Source: Epiperipatus broadwayi
Lineage: Eukaryota; Animalia; Onychophora
NCBI GenBank assembly: GCA_028023455.1
Contig: JAQFVV010000009.1
Location: 5,642,001 to 5,706,000 of the forward strand
DNA length: 64,000 bases
Direction: 5' to 3'
Positions 39,208 to 50,899 of this stretch are shown in pieces. The stretch's first letter is position 1, and each line of letters begins with the position of its first letter. A program made the position numbers and the translations under genes. Under the pieces are notes generated by a model that saw nothing but the letters and a program-made list of their open reading frames with translations, was not told where the DNA came from and made no database searches.

Positions 39208-40949
39208 CATTGGATGAATAGGCACTAGATAGGGATTTTATGCACAAGCTTTCTGGCATCCATTGATTACTCTAGCTTGCTGTGTGTGGCAATATGTATA
39301 GTGAGTTTTGCCTGTTTTAAAAAGAAATAGGATAAAAATATTGATGTCTGTGAACTGTAATATTGGAAAAGACTTGATCATACCATGAGTAACAAGACAA
39401 ATTAAGAAGATAGATGGATACTTGATTAGATTAGACTTGAGTTCAAGAATATATGTCTAGGTTGAAATTATCTATTTAGTCATCATGAGATAATTATAGA
39501 AAGATTGAAAATCAAAGGAGAGGATGTTTATAATGGGTTGAAAGAATTTCAATATTATAATAACAAATGTGGTATTGAAGATTTTGGAAAAATTACACAT
39601 ATAATGTTGTTTTGAAGGACTGCTATTCATAAGATTTTCTGAGTCGACAGCCTCTAAGCACCTAATATTAATAATGGTTTTTTTAATTCTATAAATAATT
39701 ACCGAATGAAAGTTGTTGTTTTTATCTACTTTTAACAATTGATTATATGGTTATCAGTTGATCACATGTTGAAAAATTAATAAAAAGGGATTATTTAACA
39801 AGGAATGATAATAATTACCTAAATCTGGAATTTTTTTTTTATAATTCCACATTTTTTAAGTTAAATAAACACATTTCTTTTTTAAAGATGATTTGTGTTT
39901 GTAATCCTCTAATATTTAAGGCCTTAATTTTTGTTTGTTTGTTTTTTGTCTCATAAGAACTAAATGAAGTTTGTCAAACTAATGCTCTAATTGCATTTTA
40001 TTTTTTTAAACCGGTTTATCTATCTTCTTTCTGTTTTTGTCTGGTTCAGTTTTAAATCTTTCTGATTTTTTAAAATTTATTTTGTGACTGAATTCAAAGA
40101 CTTTATATACATAGGGACAATAAAGTAGTATTGTTATATTCTGCATTACATCTTTTGGGGAAAGAACTGAAGCACTTTTACTGCTAAGTTTGTTAAAATC
40201 AATCATTTCTGCTAACTATCAGGCCAATAATGATTATACCAGCTATTAATTTGAATTTCTTAGTCTTATAAAAGATTTGGTTTTAGAGAGAAGGCTGTAA
40301 GAACTGTTGCTCATCAAATTATTGATTGAAAAAAGAAAGAATTTTAACCAGTTAAGACAAAACCTGTCTTATGTTCAAGAAGATTAGAATCTGTAAGGAA
40401 CATGAAGTTGGATGATCTGAAACCACCTGAAGCAACAAAAGTTATAAATGAGAAAAAGTACATTTTATTTATAGAAAAATAATCTCAATTACTATTATTT
40501 TTGTCTCAAAAGCAACAGTTATATTATTAACATTTAGAATCAAATAAACTTTTTTATTTGATAGTAGCTTTACATTGACCACTGATAAAAAGTTAGTAGA
40601 CCACAATTTACTGCAAACTTAAAAGAGAATAATGAAAAGTTGCTTCAGTTTAAATCTACTTTCCACATTCAGAAGTAGGAATGTTTTTTGATAGCATAAA
40701 ACTAATAAAAGGATCTTTACATTGGTTGTTGTTTGTCATCAGTTAGTTATGTTATTTTATAACATCTAAGATGAGGTTTACAATGTTCACAATTTAATTC
40801 CACTGAAATATAAAATAACTTCTTTAGTTTGTCTTATTAGATTTATTTTGTCTTTTTAAAAAATATTATTTGTACAGTTTGACACTGATCAATAATTTAT
40901 TTAATTATTGAAGATTGTTTCTGTCATATCTGACCCTGCCTTCAGAAGT

Positions 40950-41370
40950 GAACTATTCCAGATTCCTTACCTAATTGGCTAACACCCAGTTGCTACCCAA
41001 AGTGATTAAATCCTTCACTGGGGTTCGCTCACCAAATCTGCATGTTTCCATTAAGGTAGGGGATCTACCATTAAATAGTCAGCCTTTAAGAGGCAAGGCA
41101 GAGAGCAATTACTTCTGTCAACCTGAACGACTAAATGTGTCCTCCATTAAACCCTCTGCCATTAGCAAGGGTAGTATCTCTTCTCATTATCGCGATGTCC
41201 ACGCAGTGAGGCAAGTCCATTTAAGAACTGGAAACTGCTACGTCCGCACTCGACTCGAGGCAAGCTAAATACATAGCTGGAAGAGTCTTATCAGAGCTCA
41301 TGAAGCAGGCTAATTATTAGCTGGAAGCGAGTTCCGGACTCTGCACGACTACCGAGGCATTAACGTGTAT
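40950..41370. promoter_or_regulatory. CpG-retaining, GC-elevated segment; candidate promoter or first exon
   Basis: Many CpGs in 41040-41360 against a CpG-poor background. A minus-strand splice-donor consensus AG|GTAAGG lies at ~40965-40972. Confidence 0.3.
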
Positions 41371-43799
41371 AACAATACATGTATTGTTGAACTAACAAGG
41401 GTGTATATTTTTTAGTATTAATAAATTATACATATTAATTGCTGAGTAGTTGTTCTTTTTTGTAACTGTTGGTTTGGAACGAACCTGTAAGCCTAACCAA
41501 ACACAACAGTTTCCATTTGTGATTATACTTTGCAAAGTTTTATAAATTAGTAATTGTTTTTATTATAATGAGATGAGAGAAGTGCAGAAATTAATCGCTT
41601 TGCATTTTTTCAGTGGCAGGAAAATGATAATGATTTGATTATATTTTAACAATTTTGAAAATAAGCATTTTATATTATATTTTGTCTTATATTTGCCTAA
41701 TCTAAAATAAAGATTCTGTTTATTACAATATATAACTTACATCCTCTTTTCTTTTTTTGTAGACAGAAAAGAGGCAGTATTTTGAATTTCTGCATTAGTT
41801 TGAAATACTGTAATGGGCGTAATGATAGCAGACATATGATTGCTTTTAATTACGGCAGTTTTTTTTTTTTGTTGTTGTTAGATTAACTGATGAGAAAATC
41901 TTTTTACTTACACATATTATATTCGCAGTTACTAAATTAAATTTTTAAATTGAAAAATAATACTTAAAATTTCAAAATTGGTTTTTAAGTAAAAAAAGCA
42001 ATTCATTTGACTGATTATTAAAATTCTTTTCAACTAATGATTGGTTTATATATTTTGCATTATATTGTAGCGCCAATTTTTTTTTTTCTGAATTCGATTA
42101 AAAATTTTCATATTAAAATTTGTCTTCAATATAACTGAAAAAAGAAAAATTCTTGAAGATCTACTTGTCAAAATTTAAACTCTAATTTGAAAGTTGTTTT
42201 TTAAAATGACTCATAGATGGCAGCACATTTTAAACTAAACTTTATGTACTGAAGCAATAAAATTTTAATAATCTAAATGTCCACAACCATAAATAACTTA
42301 TATTGTTATATTCTACAAAAATTATGCCAAATTTCAGATTTTATTATCTAATAGAAAAAAATGTTGAACTAGCTAGCTAGAATCTTGATTTTATATAAAT
42401 GTAATTAGGCTAAAGACGAGAAAAATACAGTATCTGCAACAATAATTTTCAAATACAAAATATACGACTGTTAAAAATAGCTACTCTTTTGAAAAGTTTT
42501 AAATAAATAATTGACTGAATCTTTATATTAAAAAAAGAAAAAATCCACAATGTGTAGTATATATACTTTTACGTAAATAATGTTTTAGCAATTGCTATAG
42601 AATTTTTAATATTGAAAATTTTAAACAAACATTAAAGAAGTATTGAGTATTTATGACAGAATTATACAGTGTTATATATGAAATAATAACTTATAATAAT
42701 AACAATATTAGTAATATTATAAAGAATAGTTCACTCTATTCTAGAGTCATCTGTTACACACATGAGTAATCAATAAATACCAGTTGGTAAAATACTAGAC
42801 CAGTTTTAGTCTTTTGCTTTATCATTGATAGCTAGAATTAATGCATGTATTTATCTAGCAGTTATCTTTTATTTCTTCATAACCTGAAATTAAAAAAAAA
42901 AACAGCAAAGGTTTTGAAGTAAGTCAGACACCAAGTCAACAATTTTTATTAGTAATTCATTATTAGACTAGAGATTATCCAATAACCTTGCATGAGAGTG
43001 ATGTAGTGAAAATTGCACTACAAAAATATTATTCATTATTAGACACCAGATCAGTTTCTTTATATTTTTAATATTATTGCACTGTACTATAATTAATTCC
43101 ATTGATTAATCAACATTACAGTAGATGGCTCTGGAATAAGGTTAATTGAATAGCACTTTAATTAAAGTATATGATTAAGCATATTCTTGCAATATTATTG
43201 TTGATGTTAATATACTAATAATTTTCACTTAACACATCAGTTTTTTTTTTAAGTTTGATATACATTATATATTACAAAGTAGTTGACAATTTTATAAAAT
43301 AGTTATATGAAGAAATATTTACAATATATACAATTTAACAATTGTTAAGCAATTATTTTACAAAGTTGAAGTCATTATTTTAGTTATTGCAAGGATTAAA
43401 TTCTTCATTCATTGTTTTTATATGATAGCATAACTGATGAATATTCCTGATTATATTTATTCAACATATATTTTTTATTGTCAAATATTATAGAATAACA
43501 TATAAGCCATATTGTTCTAAGTATAATTTAATTACATTTTGGGGGGATCAAATTTTTTAACATATTTGTGAAGCAATTGTTTCAGATTAGTAAATGAAAT
43601 TGTATCAGTAATGAAAAATAAGGACAGAATTAAAATATGTGAAATATTTTTTGGGCATCTAAGATCACATCTAAAATCCAAATTAAACTGAAATCTCTCT
43701 ATTAATATATTTTATTTGAAACAGATTAAAGATAAATTTTCATCAGAATTATGATATACACAGATTACAGAATTTGGTTATAATTTTTTCTATAGGCAG

Positions 43800-44600
43800 T
43801 TTGTACACATATCTTTTTTAGGGTAAATATCTTTTTTTATATCATCATTATATTACTGCTATGAATCTCATGTTTAATCGATCCAGAAAGTTAGCATATT
43901 CAAAAGTATAATTTATGAAAAATGTTGTCCCAGTGCATGACAACATTTTTAGTAGATTAATCGGAGCTAATGCAGATTTCAGCATTGAATTGGATAATGT
44001 CATGAAATGCATCTTACGAATGTAGTAAATAATTTTGAAAGATCAAATTCAACATTGGGGGGGGGGGTATTAATGTATAATAATTTTGAGGAAGATTTCC
44101 AAATAGATATGAGATTAATAAATTAATTATAATTTTTTGGAATTGCTTCTAATAATTATAATAAATCATCAGTCCTTCTAAACAAACATTGACCGTCTCA
44201 ATTTTCATTATCAGTTATAATAATATTGAAGAATAGTTTAATTTTGACACTAAATTTTATTACTAGTTGATTTAGAAGGTTGCTTAATTTTGTTTTTGTT
44301 AGTTCAATTGGAATTCCTGAGTAATGCAGAAGGACAGTTGGCACAAAGATGAGTTATTTGGTTGAGGAACAAATCCAGTTTTTATTTTATGAAATCTTCA
44401 GGATATTTAAGACCATAGGAATATTAGTGAGGCCTCAGAATATTATTAGAAAAATTATCTACTGAAGATATGGATTGAAAAGTTATTTAAAGAGAGGGCC
44501 GAATAAATTCTCCTTTAGCTGCTTTCAGTTGTTTAATAAGTGGATCGATGTATATTGCACATAGAAGATATTTTCTTGATGAAATTTGAAGAATTTTTTT
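43800..44600 (-). pseudogene. Possible LINE ORF1 (gag-like, Zn-knuckle) relic
   Basis: Fragments YSGIPIELTKTKLSNLL and PIQC..., C..G.H-like spacing; heavily degraded. Confidence 0.3.
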
Positions 44601-47600
44601 TTGTACTTCAATGTTTTTGAGAGATGTATAAAAAAAAAACTATACAAACGGTTTTATTGTTTGAGAGTTCATAAGAAGTTTGAGTGCCGGAAGTGAAAGA
44701 ACTGGAATCGATCCAAAGATTTGAATCTGACACTGTCAGTGCATAAGCTATACAAGGCAGACATACTTATAAAAGTTTGGAATAATAAATCAAAAGAAGT
44801 TTTAGAATTTATTTGACATGCTAGAGAATTTATTCATTTATCTTTATATGTAATATAAATTCTTGCTTTTATAGAATCACTTCGGAAGTTCTCCAACCTT
44901 AATAGTGTAGTATGAAGCTGACATAATATTTAATTTTTAAATACTATTCTTGTAGATATTCTTGATCAATATTGTTGAAGATGATTGTTCTTAAATTATC
45001 AAATGGTAAATTCAAATCTGTTGCATTTTTAAAAATGTAGAATATTACATTGTTTAATAGATTAAGAGTATGAATTTTATTTGAATAAATCTAGGTAAAG
45101 AATGCATAAAGAAATGAGACAACAATGTTGTTTAGATCTTTATATATGTTCACATTAATTAGTTCTACTTATGTAGCATGTGCTTTTAAGCAACTAATTT
45201 CAAATTCAGTGTCACTTTTTGTTATGAAAGTAATTTGTAACTTTTTCAGAGAGAGGAAGTGCTGAAATATTTCAATATTAACATTGATATGTGATATAAA
45301 ACTGATTTTTAAGTAAAGTAAGCTATTGATTTAGCATAACTTAAAGTGGGTCTGAGAAATTTTGAATGATTAAGTATACCTTTCCTTAACTTGCATGCAA
45401 TTAAATCTTGATTTAAAATGAAAAAAGTAGTTGGTGGAATAAAGAGCTAATGTCTAAAGTGAGGAATAATATATTTAATACTCAATTTATTTGATCCTGT
45501 CTTTGCTTCACAAATTTTTTTGAATGAAATATATTTAATCTATTTGCATACATTTTGCCAAAAATGTTTTTGAGCTGATGATATAAGAAATATTTGTTGA
45601 AGAGGATTTGCAGCAATTTTTATGTTCAAGATATCATTTATGATTGTGATGAAGAATTAAAGATGTTACTATGAAGTTGATTTTATTTTTTTACTTCTCT
45701 AGCAGGAGCTTTGTTAAATATATCCATTTTTGTGATGTGGTTGCCAATGTTTGATGATGATTTTTCTTATTTGGAATTGAAATTTTAATATCAAAATTAA
45801 AACAAACTTTTTTGTTTTCTTTATATATTGGCTTCCAATGTCGAAACAATTGGGCTTTTCAAAAATTACCTTTTTCCTTCTGCTGGATACTTGCTTGATG
45901 ATTTCTGTTTCAAGCCAATAATTGATTATACTTGTTACTTGACCATTTGAACTATATTGTTCTTTATAAATATCTGAAGATTTACAAAGATGATGTTTTA
46001 CTTTCTGTTAGATGTTGGACTATTTCCACCATCTAGATAAATAATAAATATTTCTAGAAAAATTAAGATTTTATTTAGACTTTTCCATGTACATTCAATT
46101 GTTAATTATAACACTACATTACTATCAAACATATTTTTAGTGATATTATTCTTCCTTATTCAGATATTGTTAGCCTGATCAATGACAGATAGGAATTGAA
46201 CTGATGAATTTAACTTAATGAGATTCTAACTAACTAGGCCATTCGGTTGAAGGCAACTATCAGTAGGAAATTTTTTTTATATTTATCTATGAGAGTGTTC
46301 CTGAAAAGCCTTTTAAGAGCTAATGGTTCTCAAACATGGATTATCACACTAGATTGACTTATGGAATTATTTGTCATCATGTGAGTATCATCTTTAAATT
46401 TTCTTTTTACTTCTTTCTTGTAGCCCAATATTCTTATTGTTTCCCAATTCATAACATATATTTATTGATATATACATAGTTATTACTTTAGGCATGTCTG
46501 ACTTTTATTCTTTGTTCTTTTGTTTTTTGATAGGATGGATATATATTGAGCCCTTTTTATTAGTACACTCCATCATTAAAAAAATTGGAAATAAACTTTA
46601 TTATATATAATTTTGAATTTTAGAAAGTCAAAAATATTTATTTGTTATAACTAAAAAGAATAGAGGGTATTTTAAGTGTCTTGAGTTTGAACCTGAGATT
46701 AGTTTAAGTGAAAGTAGTACAAATGCTAAATCTTGTTAAAATATTTATTTTCAAATATATCTTAAAGATAAAATACTAAAGGATAAGGTAGCAATATCTG
46801 TTAAGAAGTAATTGTGTAATAATATTTAAATTTATATGGAAGTTCAAATCTGGTCTTATAAATAAAAATATGCATCATGGAGATAAGTAGTCATGTCTGT
46901 GCACATTTAATATAAAAAAATAATCACTATTTCTGGTGAAAAATTAATTTATTGTCTAAATTAAATAATTAATATTTATATTATGAATTTTGTGATTAAA
47001 ACTTCATAGGATTAATCTTGAATTTAATTTGTATAGAAATAAAATTAAAATGATGCAAATTGTATTTTTATTAAGTTTGTGAAAAGTATTATTTTGTTTT
47101 ATTACTTGTAAATATTTTAAAGGAATAATAGTTGTTTTAAAAATAGTTAAAACTATATGTAACTAGTGTGTAGGAAAATTAACCAATGAGAAAACGTAAT
47201 TGGAAATAAATTAGTGTTGTTGTTGTTGTTTATTATTGATAATAGATTAAAAATTCAGCTTTTTTTTTTTTAGTATTTCAAAATAATAGTGAGGATTTAC
47301 TTTAGTTAATCAACTTTTTTTTTAAAGTTAAATTTGTTTTAAAGAGAGGAAAGTATCAATCTCACTATTTTTGGATTATTTTAGGAACTTTTAAATGATA
47401 TCTTTTCAAAATCTTTTCATTATTGTTATATAAGTAACTTTAAGGAAAAATGTATAATATTAAATTTCTATATTCACAACTATATCTACAGAGCTCGTTA
47501 CTTTGTTTAATAGGCTATTTTAAATAAAGTCTTTCAATAAATTTTAAAATGCACAGTTTTTAAGGCTTCTCTTACATATCAAATTAATAATCCAGGTTCT

Positions 47601-47622
47601 GCATGTCTAAATATATATAAAT

Positions 47623-48495
47623 TGTAATGGTCAGACTAGCATATTTCACATTTTTATATTTTCTCTATTTATTATGTAAATTACTTGAGCACCATCTGGT
47701 TTTAAGCATCGGGAAATAAACTAACACATATATATTTAAAAAATATTTATTCAATATAACAATGTAACCATTATATAGTCCGATTTGTAATGGCAGGGCT
47801 AAATCACGGAGAACATAAGTTACTCCCAATGAATGATGGTAGATCAAGCAATCTTACATAAACAAAATAACAAATCATGCAATAATAATTTATTTACAAC
47901 TGTACTTTATTTGATGCACAACTCATTTTCTTTAATAAAATCCTTTAATCTTTATACATTACAGAATCAGTATATTCATAGATTATGACACATTCATGTA
48001 TCTTTAACCTTATTTTCAATAAACTTAAATATAATTCTATGCATGTATGACTTCATAAATATAACATTTCTTTACTTCACATGTCTTCTACTACCTACAC
48101 ATACTTATGTTTTATATGGGATAGACATGAATGTTATCTTTATTACAATAATCATAAGGAATGGTCTTGTGGATCCTATTCCTAAATATAATCACTTATA
48201 TAATAATAACTATAAAGGGATGCTCTTTTGGTCTCAACACTAACTGAATAAATCTTCTATACAATAGTTATAAGGAGTGGCCTTTTTATCCTAAATCTAA
48301 TTTGATACAACTACAATTTATATAGAGATGACCTGAGATCGATCCCTAATAACTGTATGAATGCAAACATATGTAAACTATTAATCATTGAAGAAACAAT
48401 TGCCGCATATATAGATTCATCTACATAAAATCCAATATTCAGAAATCAAATATAAGTTTAACTATAAATGAATGAGAGTAATGGAAATAATTACA
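47623..48495 (+). mobile_element. Possible solo LTR
   Basis: TGTAATGGTCAG...TTACA termini; short matches to 27180-27700. No TSD. Confidence 0.35.
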
Positions 48496-50899
48496 TCGTT
48501 AAAATTATAGTTATTTGAGACTTAGGCAATTTGTATGTGTGCACATTTACATGATTACCATTATTATTTTTTTGTCTTTCCTCTTATTAATAACTTATAT
48601 AAAATTCAAAAGATTACCACACATATGTGATAAATAATAATTAGTTTTTCATTTAAAAAATAATTTTAATAAGTAAAGAGAAGTTATTTAAATTCATTTC
48701 TTTTTTATTTATGCTTCTTTTAAAATAATACCTAGATAGTGAGTCTTGTTTACAAATACAAATTATTTAAAATAAAATATAAATCACTTTTTAAATAAGA
48801 CTCACCAAATCAAAATAATTGTCATTTATTTCTTTTCTGACAAATATTAAGTCTGTTTACAGTGATATTTAGTATAGTTTTGTAATTTCTGTCTTTTAAA
48901 TAAGCAGTAATTTTTCATTTTAACTGGAGTTATTCAAAATATAATTCAAAAGTGTTCCAGATTAGATCCAGCTAACTGATGGTGGTGTCTTCCTTTTTAT
49001 TCACAAAGTATCCTAGGATTTGAATGAAATAATATTCTCTTCTGATCAAAAGAAAAGAAAAATTGATTTTTATATCCAAAACATAATTTATTCTTGAACT
49101 TTGTTTTAGTTCTTCTTTTTTAAAAATCAAATTTGCATATTATTTTGCTTTAAAAAAAAATCTTAGTTTTTTTTTATTGAAATGAATAATGGATTGTTAA
49201 TTTCAATATATATATATAAGATTATTCATCACTTAGTTTTGTTAAATTAAGTAAGATATTGATTTTGATTTTACATATTAAATATATATTGAGAATTTGT
49301 AGGTTTATACTTTTATTCCACTTATGAACATGCTGCTTGAGTTCATCTATATAGTGATATATAAATAAAAATCTGTTTCTGTCTTTTAATTGGTTATGTT
49401 CTTCCCTTTATAATCTGTTTGTATAATGGAAACATACTCATTTTCTTATTTTATTTCATTATTATTTTAAATATTTGAAAAAGAATGGAGAATACTACTA
49501 CTCAAAATGTTGTGTAATTACTAACCTATGTTGTCTATTTTTATTATCAAGGTGTTTGTATTTGAAAAGTTTAAATAAAGTTTAAGATTTTCTATACATT
49601 CAATATTTAATGATAGATGATGGGAATAGACCAACATTTTATCACATCTACATCATCACAAATCTTCAGTCAAATATTTCACTTTGCCCTGCTCAATGAT
49701 TTTCATGCAATCATATTCAATAGTGTATATTGAATTCATTTCACATTCCTTCTGTTTTCCTACACAGTTTGGTACAGTAGTAGAATGGCTGATTCTGGGA
49801 TTTAAAAGGCCACAAATCATACTCTATCTTGTAAAGTTTGAATTTCTTATGAATTCCCAAATAATTGATTTTTTAAAATTTATATCCCCCTTCCAACTTA
49901 ATTTTTGTAAAAAAAAAAATGCTACTTTTAATTATAATCTGAATTAACTATCCTTGTTATTGTCAATCTTTACCAAGTATTGGACCTATTTAAATAGGTT
50001 TTACAAACTGTATTTTTCTCTTTCCTAATTCAGGTACTTTGAATACTGATTTATGACTGGAGTGGAGTTATGGTCTGGCATCAAATATGCTTGCTTATTG
50101 TATTGACTTACAATTGTATATAGATTTTTGTAATAAGGAAGAACATATTTATTCAGCTGTTCCTTGCTCACATGAAGTATTTTAACTAGAATGTGATCTC
50201 CAAGAATTGATCTGAAAGGATTTTAAATTATTATGCTGTTTCCCACCAGCTCTTTTGTGTTATTTTTGTCTAATCTTTTATTTGTCCCTATAGATATTAA
50301 TTTTTTCAGGGATAATAAGTAGTTTTATTCTTAAAGATTGGGCTATTTCTTTTGAAACGCTGTCCTATTGGTGAAAATCTTGAATTCGTTAAAGTTCCAA
50401 ATTGATATAATTTACTCATCTACAATGATTATTCTATAAATATACATGGAATAGTCTATTTAATTCTTATGTGACTCTTTCACAAGAATTAGATTTGGGT
50501 GTGTCTCATGAATCAGAGAGTGTGTTTTATGACATTTCTGCATTCTCTGAAAATAAAATGATGTTCTATGCTTTATAAGATAATGTTTGGTTTCCAACCA
50601 AAGTTTTGTTGGTTCTTAAGGATGTTGAGTGTTTTTAATGTTGGCATCTATATAGCATGTTTGAAATTACATTATGTGACCACTAGAAATCTATAATGTC
50701 TGAATGATAGCCAAAAATTCATTTGATTCATATGATATAATGGAATGAGTTTTTCCTACATATTCTTTTTTAGCAGGTTTTGACTTGACACAAATTTTAT
50801 ATGTTTTTAACATTGACAAAATCCTAGAATATAACCCAGGCTTCTCTACGCAGTATTAGTTCCACCTTTCTAGAGCTATAATATTCATTCAAACAACAG

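Larger units (their letters stand above)
38456..39320 (+). mobile_element. Hammerhead-bearing non-autonomous Penelope-like/retrozyme element, family 1, insertion B
   Basis: TSD aaagaaataggat at 38443-38455 and 39321-39333. Inverted partial copy at 38456-38803. Direct repeat 38804-38868/39258-39320 (period ~454). Two hammerhead motifs. Confidence 0.9.

Noticed and set aside
40975-41268. 97-aa plus-strand ORF
   Set aside because: TTG start, no recognisable domain; easily explained by locally higher GC.
1190-46260. Other CTGATGA occurrences (e.g. ~1194, 10885, 36452, 41886, 43435, 45575, 46201)
   Set aside because: None has a helix followed by GAAA and a closing stem I; expected by chance.
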